Assembly (NCBI GenBank): GCA_966095395.1
Contig: CBHTSW010000016.1
Location: 12,113-76,112 of the forward strand
DNA from: an uncultured bacterium
Lineage (GTDB): Bacteria > Bacteroidota > Bacteroidia > Chitinophagales > Chitinophagaceae
Reading direction: 5' to 3'
Length of the DNA: 64,000 bases
Shown: positions 48,023-57,249 of the stretch, in pieces
How positions within the stretch are numbered: the stretch's first letter is position 1
How the letters are laid out: each line of letters starts with the position of its first letter
Translations under genes and position numbers: made by a program
Notes under the pieces: model-generated
The model's input: only the letters and a program-made list of their open reading frames with translations
Database searches by the model: none
What the model was told of the DNA's origin: nothing

Positions 48023-49114
48023 TTAGTTTTCGGTGGTCTGAGCTACAGGTTTTTCATACAGGTCTAACACCTTGATCATTCTGGAAGAATATTCATAAAG
48101 CTCACTATTGGTTTTTATTTCAACCCTTTCCTCTTTTCCGTTATCAAAGAAAGACACAAGTTTCTTTTTCGAATTATAGTGTAGCCTGCATATAGGTTTT
48201 CTGTTATTGTCATCTAGTAGAATTCCAAAGTAGGATTGCTGATCCCGGTGGAACACCCGGTTCACTTTTACTTTACTGCATACAATGGCCCTGACAATAT
48301 AAAAGCCTTCCATTTCTTCAGCAGTTGTTTGCACCTTGTTTTCATCTACTGCAGCATTGGTGGCTGTCAATTCCTCCTTGTCAATTTCAGCCTGCTTTTG
48401 CTGGTCGGTTGCCAGCGCAGATTTCAGCCTTTCATTTATAGCATCATTGACATACTGGTGAAAGGACCTTTTTACCAGGCCCCGGAATAATTCTAAAACC
48501 TTGGGTGTAACAATTGAAGGATAAACAGCTTTAGCAAAGTAGCGGGTAAATTCATCTGTGGGTTCGCTGATCTCTCCAACAATCAAGTTTCTTAATTCTG
48601 ACATGAACTTTAATTCGCTCGCCGTATTAATAATGCTGTCCAGATTGAAATAACTCTTATGAAATTCTTTTAGCTTTTCTACCTGAGCTTCTTTTATATC
48701 ATCAATACGGAATTCAAAAAATGGTTTTTCATCCATCTTGTTAGATTCTATCAAATCCGTATACCATCGATACACAATCCCGTTTGTTAGCAAACCGAAT
48801 TTAGCTGCAGTGGTATGGAAGTATCTAAAAAGTTGACTGTTGTGGGGGTCCAGGTCAGACGACCAATGCTTGCACTCTATTAACATAATCGGCTTATCAT
48901 CTTTTAAAATGGCATAGTCAACCTTTTCACCTTTCTTTATTCCTATGTCTGCAATAAATTCCGGTACCACTTCCAAAGGATTAAAAACATCGTAGCCGAG
49001 GCATTGAATAAAAGGCATGATGAAAGCATTCTTTGTAGCTTCTTCTGTGAGAATCTTCTCTTTCATTTTGGCAACCCTATCACCAAGTTGTTTGATTTGA
49101 TCTTTGAAATCCAT
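48023..49114 (-). CDS. HsdR_N-type (type I restriction enzyme R N-terminal-like) PD-(D/E)xK nuclease-fold protein
   Basis: N-terminal EEATKNAFIMPFIQCLGYDV...KVDYAILKDDKPIMLIECKHW gives a D...E-x-K motif in the arrangement I associate with HsdR_N-domain proteins. 363 aa, no helicase or methylase partner. ATG verified. Confidence 0.6.
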   Translation of the reverse strand: MDFKDQIKQLGDRVAKMKEKILTEEATKNAFIMPFIQCLGYDVFNPLEVVPEFIADIGIKKGEKVDYAILKDDKPIMLIECKHWSSDLDPHNSQLFRYFHTTAAKFGLLTNGIVYRWYTDLIESNKMDEKPFFEFRIDDIKEAQVEKLKEFHKSYFNLDSIINTASELKFMSELRNLIVGEISEPTDEFTRYFAKAVYPSIVTPKVLELFRGLVKRSFHQYVNDAINERLKSALATDQQKQAEIDKEELTATNAAVDENKVQTTAEEMEGFYIVRAIVCSKVKVNRVFHRDQQSYFGILLDDNNRKPICRLHYNSKKKLVSFFDNGKEERVEIKTNSELYEYSSRMIKVLDLYEKPVAQTTEN

Positions 49115-49503
49115 ATAGCTGTAGTTTTGGTTTTAACTGTACAATGTGAGCTATCGCTAAAAAAAGTGGTAAATACAGTATTACAGTAGGTAATTACACA
49201 GATATTAGACAACAGACAAGTGATAGCAGAACTCTAATATAATAGCTGTTTTCAATATAAAAAAGCTCTGGCAACTATTTTTCTTGGCACTGCTGAACCC
49301 TGTGAGTAGCTTTATTTTTTCACGCCTATTCATACCTTTAAGCTGGTCTTTTCATTTTAGACTTTGCCATGATGTCTGATTTAAAGCAGTGAAACGACTT
49401 GTTGCTTAAAATGCTTCTACAACTCATCCGATAATTTTTATAGTCAACCCGGCCATAGTATCTTTTGAAGATTCTTCTTAATATAGCAGTATAGAGCATT
49501 GCT

Positions 49504-50580
49504 ATGAGAATTGACCAGCTAACGTTTACCAGATTTGTGGCAGCTATGGCTATCGTGGTTTACCATTTTGGACGTGTGGTGCCGCCCTTTAACGACCAGC
49601 ATTTAACCTCGCTTGTTCATCATGCAAACCTGGGCGTAAGCTATTTCTATATTCTTTCCGGCTTTGTCATGATGATTGCCTATTACAGGAAAGATCCATC
49701 GCCCGTTACACCAATGGCTTATTACAAAAGCAGGATCGCAAGAATTTATCCTGTTTATTTCATAGCACTCCTGCTTGTCGTATGCTATTATGCTTTAAGA
49801 TCCTTACATACCAGCCCTGTTGCCCTGCTTTTAAGTTTGCCCGGCCTGCAGGCCTGGTATCCGCCTTCTGCATTGCAGCTGAATTACCCGGGCTGGTCCA
49901 TTTCTGTAGAATTGTTTTTCTATCTTTTATTTCCGTGGCTGTTCAACAGGTTATACCTGAGATATAGTTTCAACAAACTTCTGATTGTGATCATTGCCAT
50001 TTGGTTTTTAAGCCAGCTTTTTTTTAATGCAATCCTTCATTCTTCTTTTTACAGAGATTTTCCTTCCAACAGGGCCAATGCTCTTTTTTATTTCCCCTTA
50101 ATGCATTTGAATGAATTTTTAGTGGGAAACATGGCAGGGCTTTTTGTTATAAGAAACAGGAACCTGAGATTTAAAAACCCTGACATTTTCATACTGCTGC
50201 TGGCTCTAATGATGCTTTTTCTTGTTAACGCCAACTTGCCTGTAAGTTTTCACAATGGGCTTTTAGCCATTTTTATTGTGCCTTTCCTTATACTGTTGTC
50301 CCTGAGTAAGGGGTTCTTTTCTACTATTGGCTCTTCCAAAGCATTGCAGTTTTTAGGAGAAATCAGTTACGGCATTTATATTTTACAGGTTCCGGTGTAC
50401 CTGTTTTGCTACGAAATATTTACAAGGCTGGGCCTGACAAACTATACAATAGTTTTTTACCTGTATTGTTTCATGCTGGTAGTAACGTCTGCTGTATTTT
50501 ATAAAGTGGTAGAAAAACCTTTACGGGACAGGATCAAAAACAATGCGGGCCGTAATAAAATTGTATTGCAAACCACCTGA
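49504..50580 (+). CDS. Acyltransferase-3 family (OafA-like) membrane acyltransferase
   Basis: 358 aa with about 10 TM segments. The N-terminus MRIDQLTFTRFVAAMAIVVYH is typical of the family. ATG verified. Confidence 0.8.
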   Translation: MRIDQLTFTRFVAAMAIVVYHFGRVVPPFNDQHLTSLVHHANLGVSYFYILSGFVMMIAYYRKDPSPVTPMAYYKSRIARIYPVYFIALLLVVCYYALRSLHTSPVALLLSLPGLQAWYPPSALQLNYPGWSISVELFFYLLFPWLFNRLYLRYSFNKLLIVIIAIWFLSQLFFNAILHSSFYRDFPSNRANALFYFPLMHLNEFLVGNMAGLFVIRNRNLRFKNPDIFILLLALMMLFLVNANLPVSFHNGLLAIFIVPFLILLSLSKGFFSTIGSSKALQFLGEISYGIYILQVPVYLFCYEIFTRLGLTNYTIVFYLYCFMLVVTSAVFYKVVEKPLRDRIKNNAGRNKIVLQTT

Positions 50581-50636
50581 TTCAGGGCTTCCCTTACTAA
50601 AACAGAAGGATGCCCTGTAAGTATACAAACGGCATC

Positions 50637-51053
50637 TTATTTACTTTCCACTATAGCAAACTTCACGACCTCTTTTAAATCCTGCGTTAGCTCCTGGTCA
50701 TTGTCGCCTTTTTTATAGCAGGCGGTCACGCCAAGATCAAACAGTTTGGCTTTTATTTCTTCCGAGACGGTGCCGGAAAGAATAACGACAGGGACTTCTT
50801 TGAAAAAAGAATTTGATTTTAAATAATTGACCACGGCCTTCCCGTTCATGTAAGGCATTTTATAATCCAAAATGATCAAAGAAGGTTTCACATTGAGGCT
50901 GCTGATCAGCTCAGTATATTTTATGAATTGCAGGGCATCGCCGAAAAATTTTACATTATCGTCTAATCCCATTTCTGCAAAAGAAGTATGTAAAAGATAA
51001 CGGTCCTCGTCGTCGTCATCCACCACTATTATAAACGGTTTGTGCTGATCCAT
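50637..51053 (-). CDS. Single-domain response regulator (CheY-like receiver)
   Basis: The acidic pocket DDDDED, the phospho-acceptor region LIILDYKMP and a conserved K (KAKLFDLG region). 138 aa, no output domain. Confidence 0.85.
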   Translation of the reverse strand: MDQHKPFIIVVDDDDEDRYLLHTSFAEMGLDDNVKFFGDALQFIKYTELISSLNVKPSLIILDYKMPYMNGKAVVNYLKSNSFFKEVPVVILSGTVSEEIKAKLFDLGVTACYKKGDNDQELTQDLKEVVKFAIVESK

Positions 51054-51338
51054 TTCAGTTTTTTAAATTCGATGAAGGCTTGTATCAAAAGAAATTGAGG
51101 GGTACTGTGCAAGTACAAATTACATTAATTTTTTTATTTACAACCCTGTAAGTAAAAGAAGAAAAGAATATTCCAAAACCCTGTTTCAGAAGCCTACTTT
51201 TTCCGAAAGAATTTTTATGGCTTCTGAATGGATTGCGCCATGCACCCGGGCCTTTCGCTACGTGTCTTTACAAAGGCTCTAAAATTTTATAGCAAAACAG
51301 TGGGCTGGCTCTGATGCTTTGTAGTGGATAGCGATAAT

Positions 51339-52874
51339 TTATTTTTCGATAAGATCAACCAACTCTACCACCTCTAAACCTTTGCGGGCCGGCCCGGTTA
51401 GCACCTCGCCGTGTATGGAATAACGGGCCCCGTGACAGGGACAGTCCCAGGTTTTCTCTGCACTGTTCCAGTCCACCACGCATTTAGCATGCGTACATAC
51501 AGGATTTAAAGCATGCAGCTGTCCTCCTTCATCTTTATAAATCGCCAGCGTATCGCCTTCATATTTTACCAGCCTTGCTTCACCGTGTGCCAGGTCTGAG
51601 AGCTCGTGTATTTTGCCGGCAGAAATTCTTTTTCCAATAAACTGCGCTACCACATCAGCATTCTCCTTTACAAAAGAGGCAAGGCCTGCCATTGGTTTTA
51701 CCCGATTGGGATTGAACAAGGCCGCGTAAGCATTTTCTTTTTTTAGGATCAGATCCGTTAACAAGGGCGCCGCAATATGGCTGTAGGTCATGCCATTGCC
51801 GCCATAACCGGTTGCCACCAAAATATTTCCGGAGCTGCCCGGCAATAAACCAATATAGGCCAATCCATCGCTTGGTTCAAAGTATTGCGACGACCATTTG
51901 AAGACAACCCTGTCAACAGGAAAATAATTGCGGGCATGCGCCTCCAGGCGGTTAAAGCACGCCTCTGTATTTTCTTCATGTCCTGTTTTATGATCTTCTC
52001 CTCCCACAATAAAATAGTTTTCTCCATCTATTTCCTGTGTACGGTAGTAATGATAGGGATCATACATATCATACGACAAACCATCAGGATACATATCACC
52101 TGTAAACTTTACAGCCATCGCATAACTACGGTAAGGGGCGCACCTGAAATGTAAAAGATTAATGCCCGGGGGAATGTGTGTTGCATAAATCAGGTAACTG
52201 GCTTCCACTACGCCACAACTGGTTTGCACGACCACGCCGCCTTCTTTTTCTGCCACATCTTCCACACCGCAATTTTCGAGAAGCACACCACCGGCTTGTT
52301 CAAAAGCGTTGGCCAGTGCATGCACATACCGGCTGGGATGTACCTGTGCCTGATCTCGATAAACAATTGCTTTTTCAAATTCAACCGGTATGGGAATACG
52401 ATCCGAATAGCTCACATCCACTCCTGCTTGTTTGGACGCTTCAAAAATCTGATCTAATTGTTCAGTTTGTTTATCATCCCTTGAATAGAGGTATCCATCC
52501 TTTTGTTTGTACCCACAATTAATGGAGTATTCTTCTATATTAGACCGGTATAGGTCTAAAGCCTTACCGGTGGCACTGGCCACTAAGTGTATAGCATCTT
52601 CCCCAAAATCTTTTTGTATTTGATGATAAGAGGTATCGAAAAAGGTATTTAAATGCGCCGTGGTGCCGCCCGTTGTTCCAAAACAGACCGTATGGGCCTC
52701 TGCAATTAAACATTTCTTCCCGGCCTTCTGTAACTGAAGGCCCGTCGTTATTCCGGTAACGCCGGCTCCTGCAATCACCACATCAAAAACCTGTTTGGGA
52801 ATATGCTGAGCCTTAGGGATATAGGTTTGCATTTTATCCTGCCAAAGGCTGGTGGTGGCACCATCTCGTTTCAT
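51339..52874 (-). CDS. FAD-dependent oxidoreductase fused to a C-terminal Rieske [2Fe-2S] domain
   Basis: Dinucleotide-binding VVIAGAGVTGITTG at the N-terminus and Rieske motifs CTHAKC...CPCHG at the C-terminus. ATG is at 52874 (the track start 52913 is TTG). Confidence 0.85.
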   Translation of the reverse strand: MKRDGATTSLWQDKMQTYIPKAQHIPKQVFDVVIAGAGVTGITTGLQLQKAGKKCLIAEAHTVCFGTTGGTTAHLNTFFDTSYHQIQKDFGEDAIHLVASATGKALDLYRSNIEEYSINCGYKQKDGYLYSRDDKQTEQLDQIFEASKQAGVDVSYSDRIPIPVEFEKAIVYRDQAQVHPSRYVHALANAFEQAGGVLLENCGVEDVAEKEGGVVVQTSCGVVEASYLIYATHIPPGINLLHFRCAPYRSYAMAVKFTGDMYPDGLSYDMYDPYHYYRTQEIDGENYFIVGGEDHKTGHEENTEACFNRLEAHARNYFPVDRVVFKWSSQYFEPSDGLAYIGLLPGSSGNILVATGYGGNGMTYSHIAAPLLTDLILKKENAYAALFNPNRVKPMAGLASFVKENADVVAQFIGKRISAGKIHELSDLAHGEARLVKYEGDTLAIYKDEGGQLHALNPVCTHAKCVVDWNSAEKTWDCPCHGARYSIHGEVLTGPARKGLEVVELVDLIEK

Positions 52875-53067
52875 AAAATCGCTTTTTTTATTTTCTAAAA
52901 AAATAATGCCCAAAGAGAGAGTGTGTGAGAGTGAACGGCATCCGGTGTTAAAGGGTTGCTTTCAGACAGTGAAGCTACATAGCAATAAAGTGAGCGTCAA
53001 AAGAGGCTGCGGGCAGTGGGACAACTTATGTCTTCGGTTCGAACAAGGATCTTTTTCAAACCCTGTT

Positions 53068-53382
53068 TCACCACTTTTCATCTTCAGCAATAGTATCGTT
53101 GTAGGGAAAAGAACTTTTTGTTTTTCGTTTTTGCTCCTGCCGTTCCAGCAAAAGATCAGCTATTAAAACAGCGGCATCGGTTTGAGGGTGTTCCAGTAAA
53201 AGTTGTTTTAACCTGGCTTCATTCACATCTGCCCGGTAAAGGGTTTGCACCAGCCTGGCAAAATCGTGTAGCAATAAAAAATTAACACAGTCTCTCAGTT
53301 GTTGTTTGATTTCTTCTTTTTTATCAAAAGATGTTTCAACCGTTAGCTGTTGCAATAGGGGATCTATTTGTTGCGGCACCAT
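53068..53382 (-). CDS. Hypothetical protein
   Basis: ORF with plausible helical composition. The first ATG is at 53382 (the track start 53409 is TTG). I recognise no domain. Confidence 0.4.
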   Translation of the reverse strand: MVPQQIDPLLQQLTVETSFDKKEEIKQQLRDCVNFLLLHDFARLVQTLYRADVNEARLKQLLLEHPQTDAAVLIADLLLERQEQKRKTKSSFPYNDTIAEDEKW

Positions 53383-53506
53383 AGTAATTACAAAAGTCTT
53401 AACAAGCAAATGTCTTAAGTTTATCCTTACTATTAGCCGTTAATCCGAAATAAACCAAACCATCTACGAACCATATCGTATAATTGCCTAAATTAACCAT
53501 TGCTGT

Positions 53507-56290
53507 ATGAGAATAATTGCTCTTTGCATTTTTTTGTTTTTTCTGCAAACTCAGCTATCTGCCCAGGGAACCATAATGGGCAAGCTGGTGGATTCCCTTT
53601 CTAAAAATCCTTTAGGCCTGGCAACCGTTACGGTTTTCAAGGCCAGTGACACCACGTTAATTACGTATCGCCTGAGTAGCCCCGAAGGTGCGTTCAAAGT
53701 GCCGGGACTACCTTTGAATTTGGCCCTAAGGGTGGTGATTTCTTATTCGGGATATGATGCGTTTCGAAAGGAATTTACCTTAGCTGATGAAACGGCAGTT
53801 GACTTGGGAAATGTTACACTGAATTCCAGCTCCAAAACTTTGGATGAAGTGTTAGTCATTGCTGAACGTCCACCCGTTACCGTAAGAAGGGATACGATTG
53901 AATTTAATGCTTCTTCTTTTAAAACCCTCCCTACCTCACTGGTGGAGGATCTTCTGAAAAAATTACCAGGCATACAGGTGGACAAGGATGGAAATATTAC
54001 GGCCAATGGCAGAAGGGTCAACCGCATCATGGTGGATGGCAAATCGTTTTTTGGCGATGACCCTAAGATGGCCACCCGCAATCTGCCGGCCAACGTGATT
54101 GATAAAATTCAGGTAACGGACGATAAAGATGAAGCGGCCCGCAATTCGGATGGCGATCTGACCAACATAGGACAAGTAATCAACCTGACCTTGAAAAAAG
54201 GCGTAAAAAAAGGCTGGTTCGGAAAACTATACGGCGGCGCCGGAACAAAGGACCGCTATGAGGTGGGTGGTATCGCCAACATTTACCGCGATACGATGCA
54301 GCTAAGCGTTTTGGGCTTTAGCAATAATGTGAATCGCAGCGGCTTTTCGATGAAAGAAGTGCAGGACCTGGGTGGATTTAACCGTAGTGGTTTTAATTCT
54401 ATAATGGTTACCAACAGGGGTGGCCAAACCGGCTTTGCCCTGAATGGAATTTCCTTTGGCGGTATAGATGCCGGCATTGCCCGGGCCAGCGGCGCCGGGT
54501 TTAACTTAAACCATGCCCCCAGCAGGAAAAAATCCTTCTTCCTGCAATACTTTTTTGGCAACACAAAAAACAATGTATTGCAAAACAACAATACACAGCA
54601 GTTCATCAACGACACTACGGTAAATACACTAACTAATACAAACGCTGCCCGCCTGGCGTTTACGCACAATGTTGGCGCCGGCGCCAATTTAAAACCGGAC
54701 TCTCTGACCGATATTAACTTCCGGTCCAATTACGCTTACTCCGGTACAGATGAAAATGTACAGGCCAAGATTAAAGTGGACAACAGCAAAACGGGCCAGG
54801 TGAGCACAGGCCTGGGCGATCAGTTCAACACTACTTATAGCAACAATTACAACCACAACCTGTCGCTTACACGCCGCTTCAAAGCCAAAAAAGGAAGAAC
54901 ATTAAACATAGCACACTTCCTGAACTATACAAAAAATTTGCAGCGCTATATAACCGAGTCGGATTACCAATACTACTATCCTTATTACGAAGACCGGTTC
55001 TTCGACCAGTTAAGAAGACAGGAAGTTCCCACCTTATCGATAAACACCAGTGCCAACTTTGCTGAACCACTTTCCAAAGCCCTGACGCTGCGGTTTAATA
55101 ACCGTTACGAGTTTTTAAAAGACAAACAGGACATCGGCATTTACGATGGCGCCAATTCGAAATACGACGTGTTGAATGAAGCCAAAAGCAGTGGCTTTGA
55201 GCGGACGCAAAACCGTTTTAATTCCAACCTCGCCTTATCGTACAGGATCAAAAAAGTAACGATCACAGCCGGCATCAATGGTTTGTGGCAGAATATTCAT
55301 AACGAGTTCCGCAATATTGCACAACCTATCAACAGCAGCTTGTTTAATGTGCTGCCCAATTTTTCTTTTAACTGGAAACAGCTATCGGCCAATTACAACC
55401 AAAACGTGGCGGCGCCTTCTGCAAGTTTTTTAATTCCGGTGCCGGATAGCACCAATCCGTTTTATATCCGCTATGGCAATCCGTACTTAAAACCGGCCAT
55501 GCGCAGGCAGTTTTACATCAGCAATTTTAATTTCTTCCAGGGCAGTGGCGCCAGTTATAATTTTTACATCAACGGAAGTTTTACGGATAACGATGTGATC
55601 ATGAGCCGCACCGTAGATGCCAATGGTGTACAATCGGTGGTGCCTGTAAATGCAGATGGAAGTATTAATTTTTATGCAGGTGTTGGTTTTGGAAAGGAAT
55701 ACAAGAACAAACAGAAATTCATTTTTAATTTCCGCATCAGTCCTTATTTCAATTTCGACAGAAAAAAATTAATGGTGAACAAAAACGTAAGTACGGCCAC
55801 CAATTACAACTTCGGGCCCAATTTTACGATGGGCCTTAACTGGAACGATGTGCTGGAATTTCGTCCGCAATACAGCCCAGGCATCAGCCGCACCACTTAC
55901 ACCGATCCTTCTTTTAAAAACATAAAAGCCGTGACGCATTCTATGGAAGGGGAACTGATCCTGCGCTGGCCTAAAAAACTGATTTGGGAAACCAATATTG
56001 CCTACCGCCACACCGACCAGGTAGCGCCGGGATTGCCAAAGGAAAATATTTTGTGGAACGCAGCTGTTACCTTAATGATGCTGAAAGGCGATGTCGGCCT
56101 GTTGAAACTGGGGGTATTTGACCTGCTGGACCGCAACAACGGATTGTACCGGTACACTACGCAAAACCAGATCGTTGACAATGAAACCAACGTGCTGAAA
56201 CGCTTTGCATCCCTTTCCTTTACGTATAATATCCGCAACATGGGGGCACCTAAGAAAGTAGGTGGAAAAGACAGGCTGTTTTTGTTTTAA
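53507..56290 (+). CDS. Outer-membrane beta-barrel family protein (TonB-dependent-receptor-like, carboxypeptidase-regulatory N-domain)
   Basis: 927 aa with a signal peptide, an N-terminal GTIMGKLVDSLSKNPLGLATVTVF (CarboxypepD_reg-like) segment, a plug-like region and a long beta-barrel ending ...DRLFLF. Confidence 0.8.
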   Translation: MRIIALCIFLFFLQTQLSAQGTIMGKLVDSLSKNPLGLATVTVFKASDTTLITYRLSSPEGAFKVPGLPLNLALRVVISYSGYDAFRKEFTLADETAVDLGNVTLNSSSKTLDEVLVIAERPPVTVRRDTIEFNASSFKTLPTSLVEDLLKKLPGIQVDKDGNITANGRRVNRIMVDGKSFFGDDPKMATRNLPANVIDKIQVTDDKDEAARNSDGDLTNIGQVINLTLKKGVKKGWFGKLYGGAGTKDRYEVGGIANIYRDTMQLSVLGFSNNVNRSGFSMKEVQDLGGFNRSGFNSIMVTNRGGQTGFALNGISFGGIDAGIARASGAGFNLNHAPSRKKSFFLQYFFGNTKNNVLQNNNTQQFINDTTVNTLTNTNAARLAFTHNVGAGANLKPDSLTDINFRSNYAYSGTDENVQAKIKVDNSKTGQVSTGLGDQFNTTYSNNYNHNLSLTRRFKAKKGRTLNIAHFLNYTKNLQRYITESDYQYYYPYYEDRFFDQLRRQEVPTLSINTSANFAEPLSKALTLRFNNRYEFLKDKQDIGIYDGANSKYDVLNEAKSSGFERTQNRFNSNLALSYRIKKVTITAGINGLWQNIHNEFRNIAQPINSSLFNVLPNFSFNWKQLSANYNQNVAAPSASFLIPVPDSTNPFYIRYGNPYLKPAMRRQFYISNFNFFQGSGASYNFYINGSFTDNDVIMSRTVDANGVQSVVPVNADGSINFYAGVGFGKEYKNKQKFIFNFRISPYFNFDRKKLMVNKNVSTATNYNFGPNFTMGLNWNDVLEFRPQYSPGISRTTYTDPSFKNIKAVTHSMEGELILRWPKKLIWETNIAYRHTDQVAPGLPKENILWNAAVTLMMLKGDVGLLKLGVFDLLDRNNGLYRYTTQNQIVDNETNVLKRFASLSFTYNIRNMGAPKKVGGKDRLFLF

Positions 56291-56295
56291 CAACT

Positions 56296-56455
56296 GCCCC
56301 CCTAACTCCCCCGGTGGGGGATCTAGAGCACCCGGCTAGCGTATTGAACCATACGAAAAACGCTCAACCTTAAACGTTGAGCGTTTTTCTTTATAAGAAT
56401 GATTGTGACCTGAGGGCTGTGCGGCTGCCAATCCCCCGGGGGAGTTTGAGGGGGC
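56296..56455. repeat. Inverted-repeat pair with internal C5G5 palindromes bracketing a terminator
   Basis: GCCCCCCTAACTCCCCCGGTGGGGGAT (56296-56322) compared with the reverse complement of 56430-56455 (GCCCCCTCAAACTCCCCCGGGGGATT). A related C-run plus C6G6 palindrome lies at 598-630. Confidence 0.6.
56356..56388. terminator. Bidirectional rho-independent terminator
   Basis: AAAAACGCTCAAC (56356-68) pairs perfectly with GTTGAGCGTTTTT (56376-88), between convergent genes ending at 56290 (+) and 56466 (-). Confidence 0.75.
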
Positions 56456-56465
56456 CGCCCGCCTC

Positions 56466-57236
56466 TTAAAACTTCTCCACCACTCCAAGCCCAAACAAGG
56501 CAAAATCATATTTGGCCGGGTCTTGGGGATCAAATTGCTTTAACTGCTCTGTCAGCTCCAATGCGGTTAACCAATCCACCTGCCTGCGGCCGATAAGGTC
56601 AAAGCGTTTAGCCACCCTTGCCACATGCACATCAATGGGGCAGATTAATTGTGCAGGGGAAATATTTTTCCAGATGCCAAAATCAACGCCCTTGTCATCG
56701 CTTCTTACCATCCAGCGCAAAAACATATTCAGGCGTTTACAGGTAGAACCTCTTTGCGGTGTGGCAATATGCTTTTTGGTTCTGGATGGTGCATCGGGCA
56801 AGGAAAAAAAATAGTGCTGAAAACCCACCAATGCTTTTTCAATGTTCGCATCACCCGGCTGCATCCATTGGCTAAAAGCCGTTTCCAACGATTCGTTTTT
56901 GGAATAGTGATGATGCAGCCACTCAATGAAATATAAAAGATCAGTCACATTGAAGGTGCGGTGCTTAAATGCCATTAATGCTTTTAAGCCTTGGGGTGTA
57001 GGATGAAGACAAAAATCATGGGGCGCATGGTCCATCAGTTGCATCAGCTCTTTGGTTTTATTGATGATGATGGTGCGGTTGCCCCAGGCAAAAATGGAGG
57101 CAAAAAATCCGGCGATCTCGATGTCCTGTTTTTTACTGAAGCGGTGCGGAATGCAAATGGGATCCGGTGCAATGAAAGAAGGCTGATTGTATTCATCAAC
57201 CTTTTTATCCAGGAAGTCTTTTAGTTGGTTATTCAC
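56466..57236 (-). CDS. TIGR02757 (DUF2400) family protein
   Basis: The pattern ...LKDFLDKKVDEYNQPSFIAPDPICIPHRF...FASIFAWGNR is typical of the family. I propose GTG start 57236, which removes the 86-nt overlap with the upstream gene (stop 57250) implied by the track ORF. Confidence 0.7.
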   Translation of the reverse strand: MNNQLKDFLDKKVDEYNQPSFIAPDPICIPHRFSKKQDIEIAGFFASIFAWGNRTIIINKTKELMQLMDHAPHDFCLHPTPQGLKALMAFKHRTFNVTDLLYFIEWLHHHYSKNESLETAFSQWMQPGDANIEKALVGFQHYFFSLPDAPSRTKKHIATPQRGSTCKRLNMFLRWMVRSDDKGVDFGIWKNISPAQLICPIDVHVARVAKRFDLIGRRQVDWLTALELTEQLKQFDPQDPAKYDFALFGLGVVEKF

Positions 57237-57249
57237 AAAAAGAAAAGCT

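Larger units (their letters stand above)
41785..49450. other. Low-GC accessory block (genomic island remnant)
   Basis: Hand counts on single 60-nt lines give about 14/60 and 18/60 G+C inside the block, against about 25-30/60 in flanking core genes. The genes are mostly ORFans. The block starts at the IS right end, and the right edge is approximate. Confidence 0.55.

Noticed and set aside
56336-56533. 65-aa ORF spanning the terminator and inverted-repeat region
   Set aside because: It is encoded by the palindromic repeats and overlaps the 3' end of the TIGR02757 gene. I judge it spurious.
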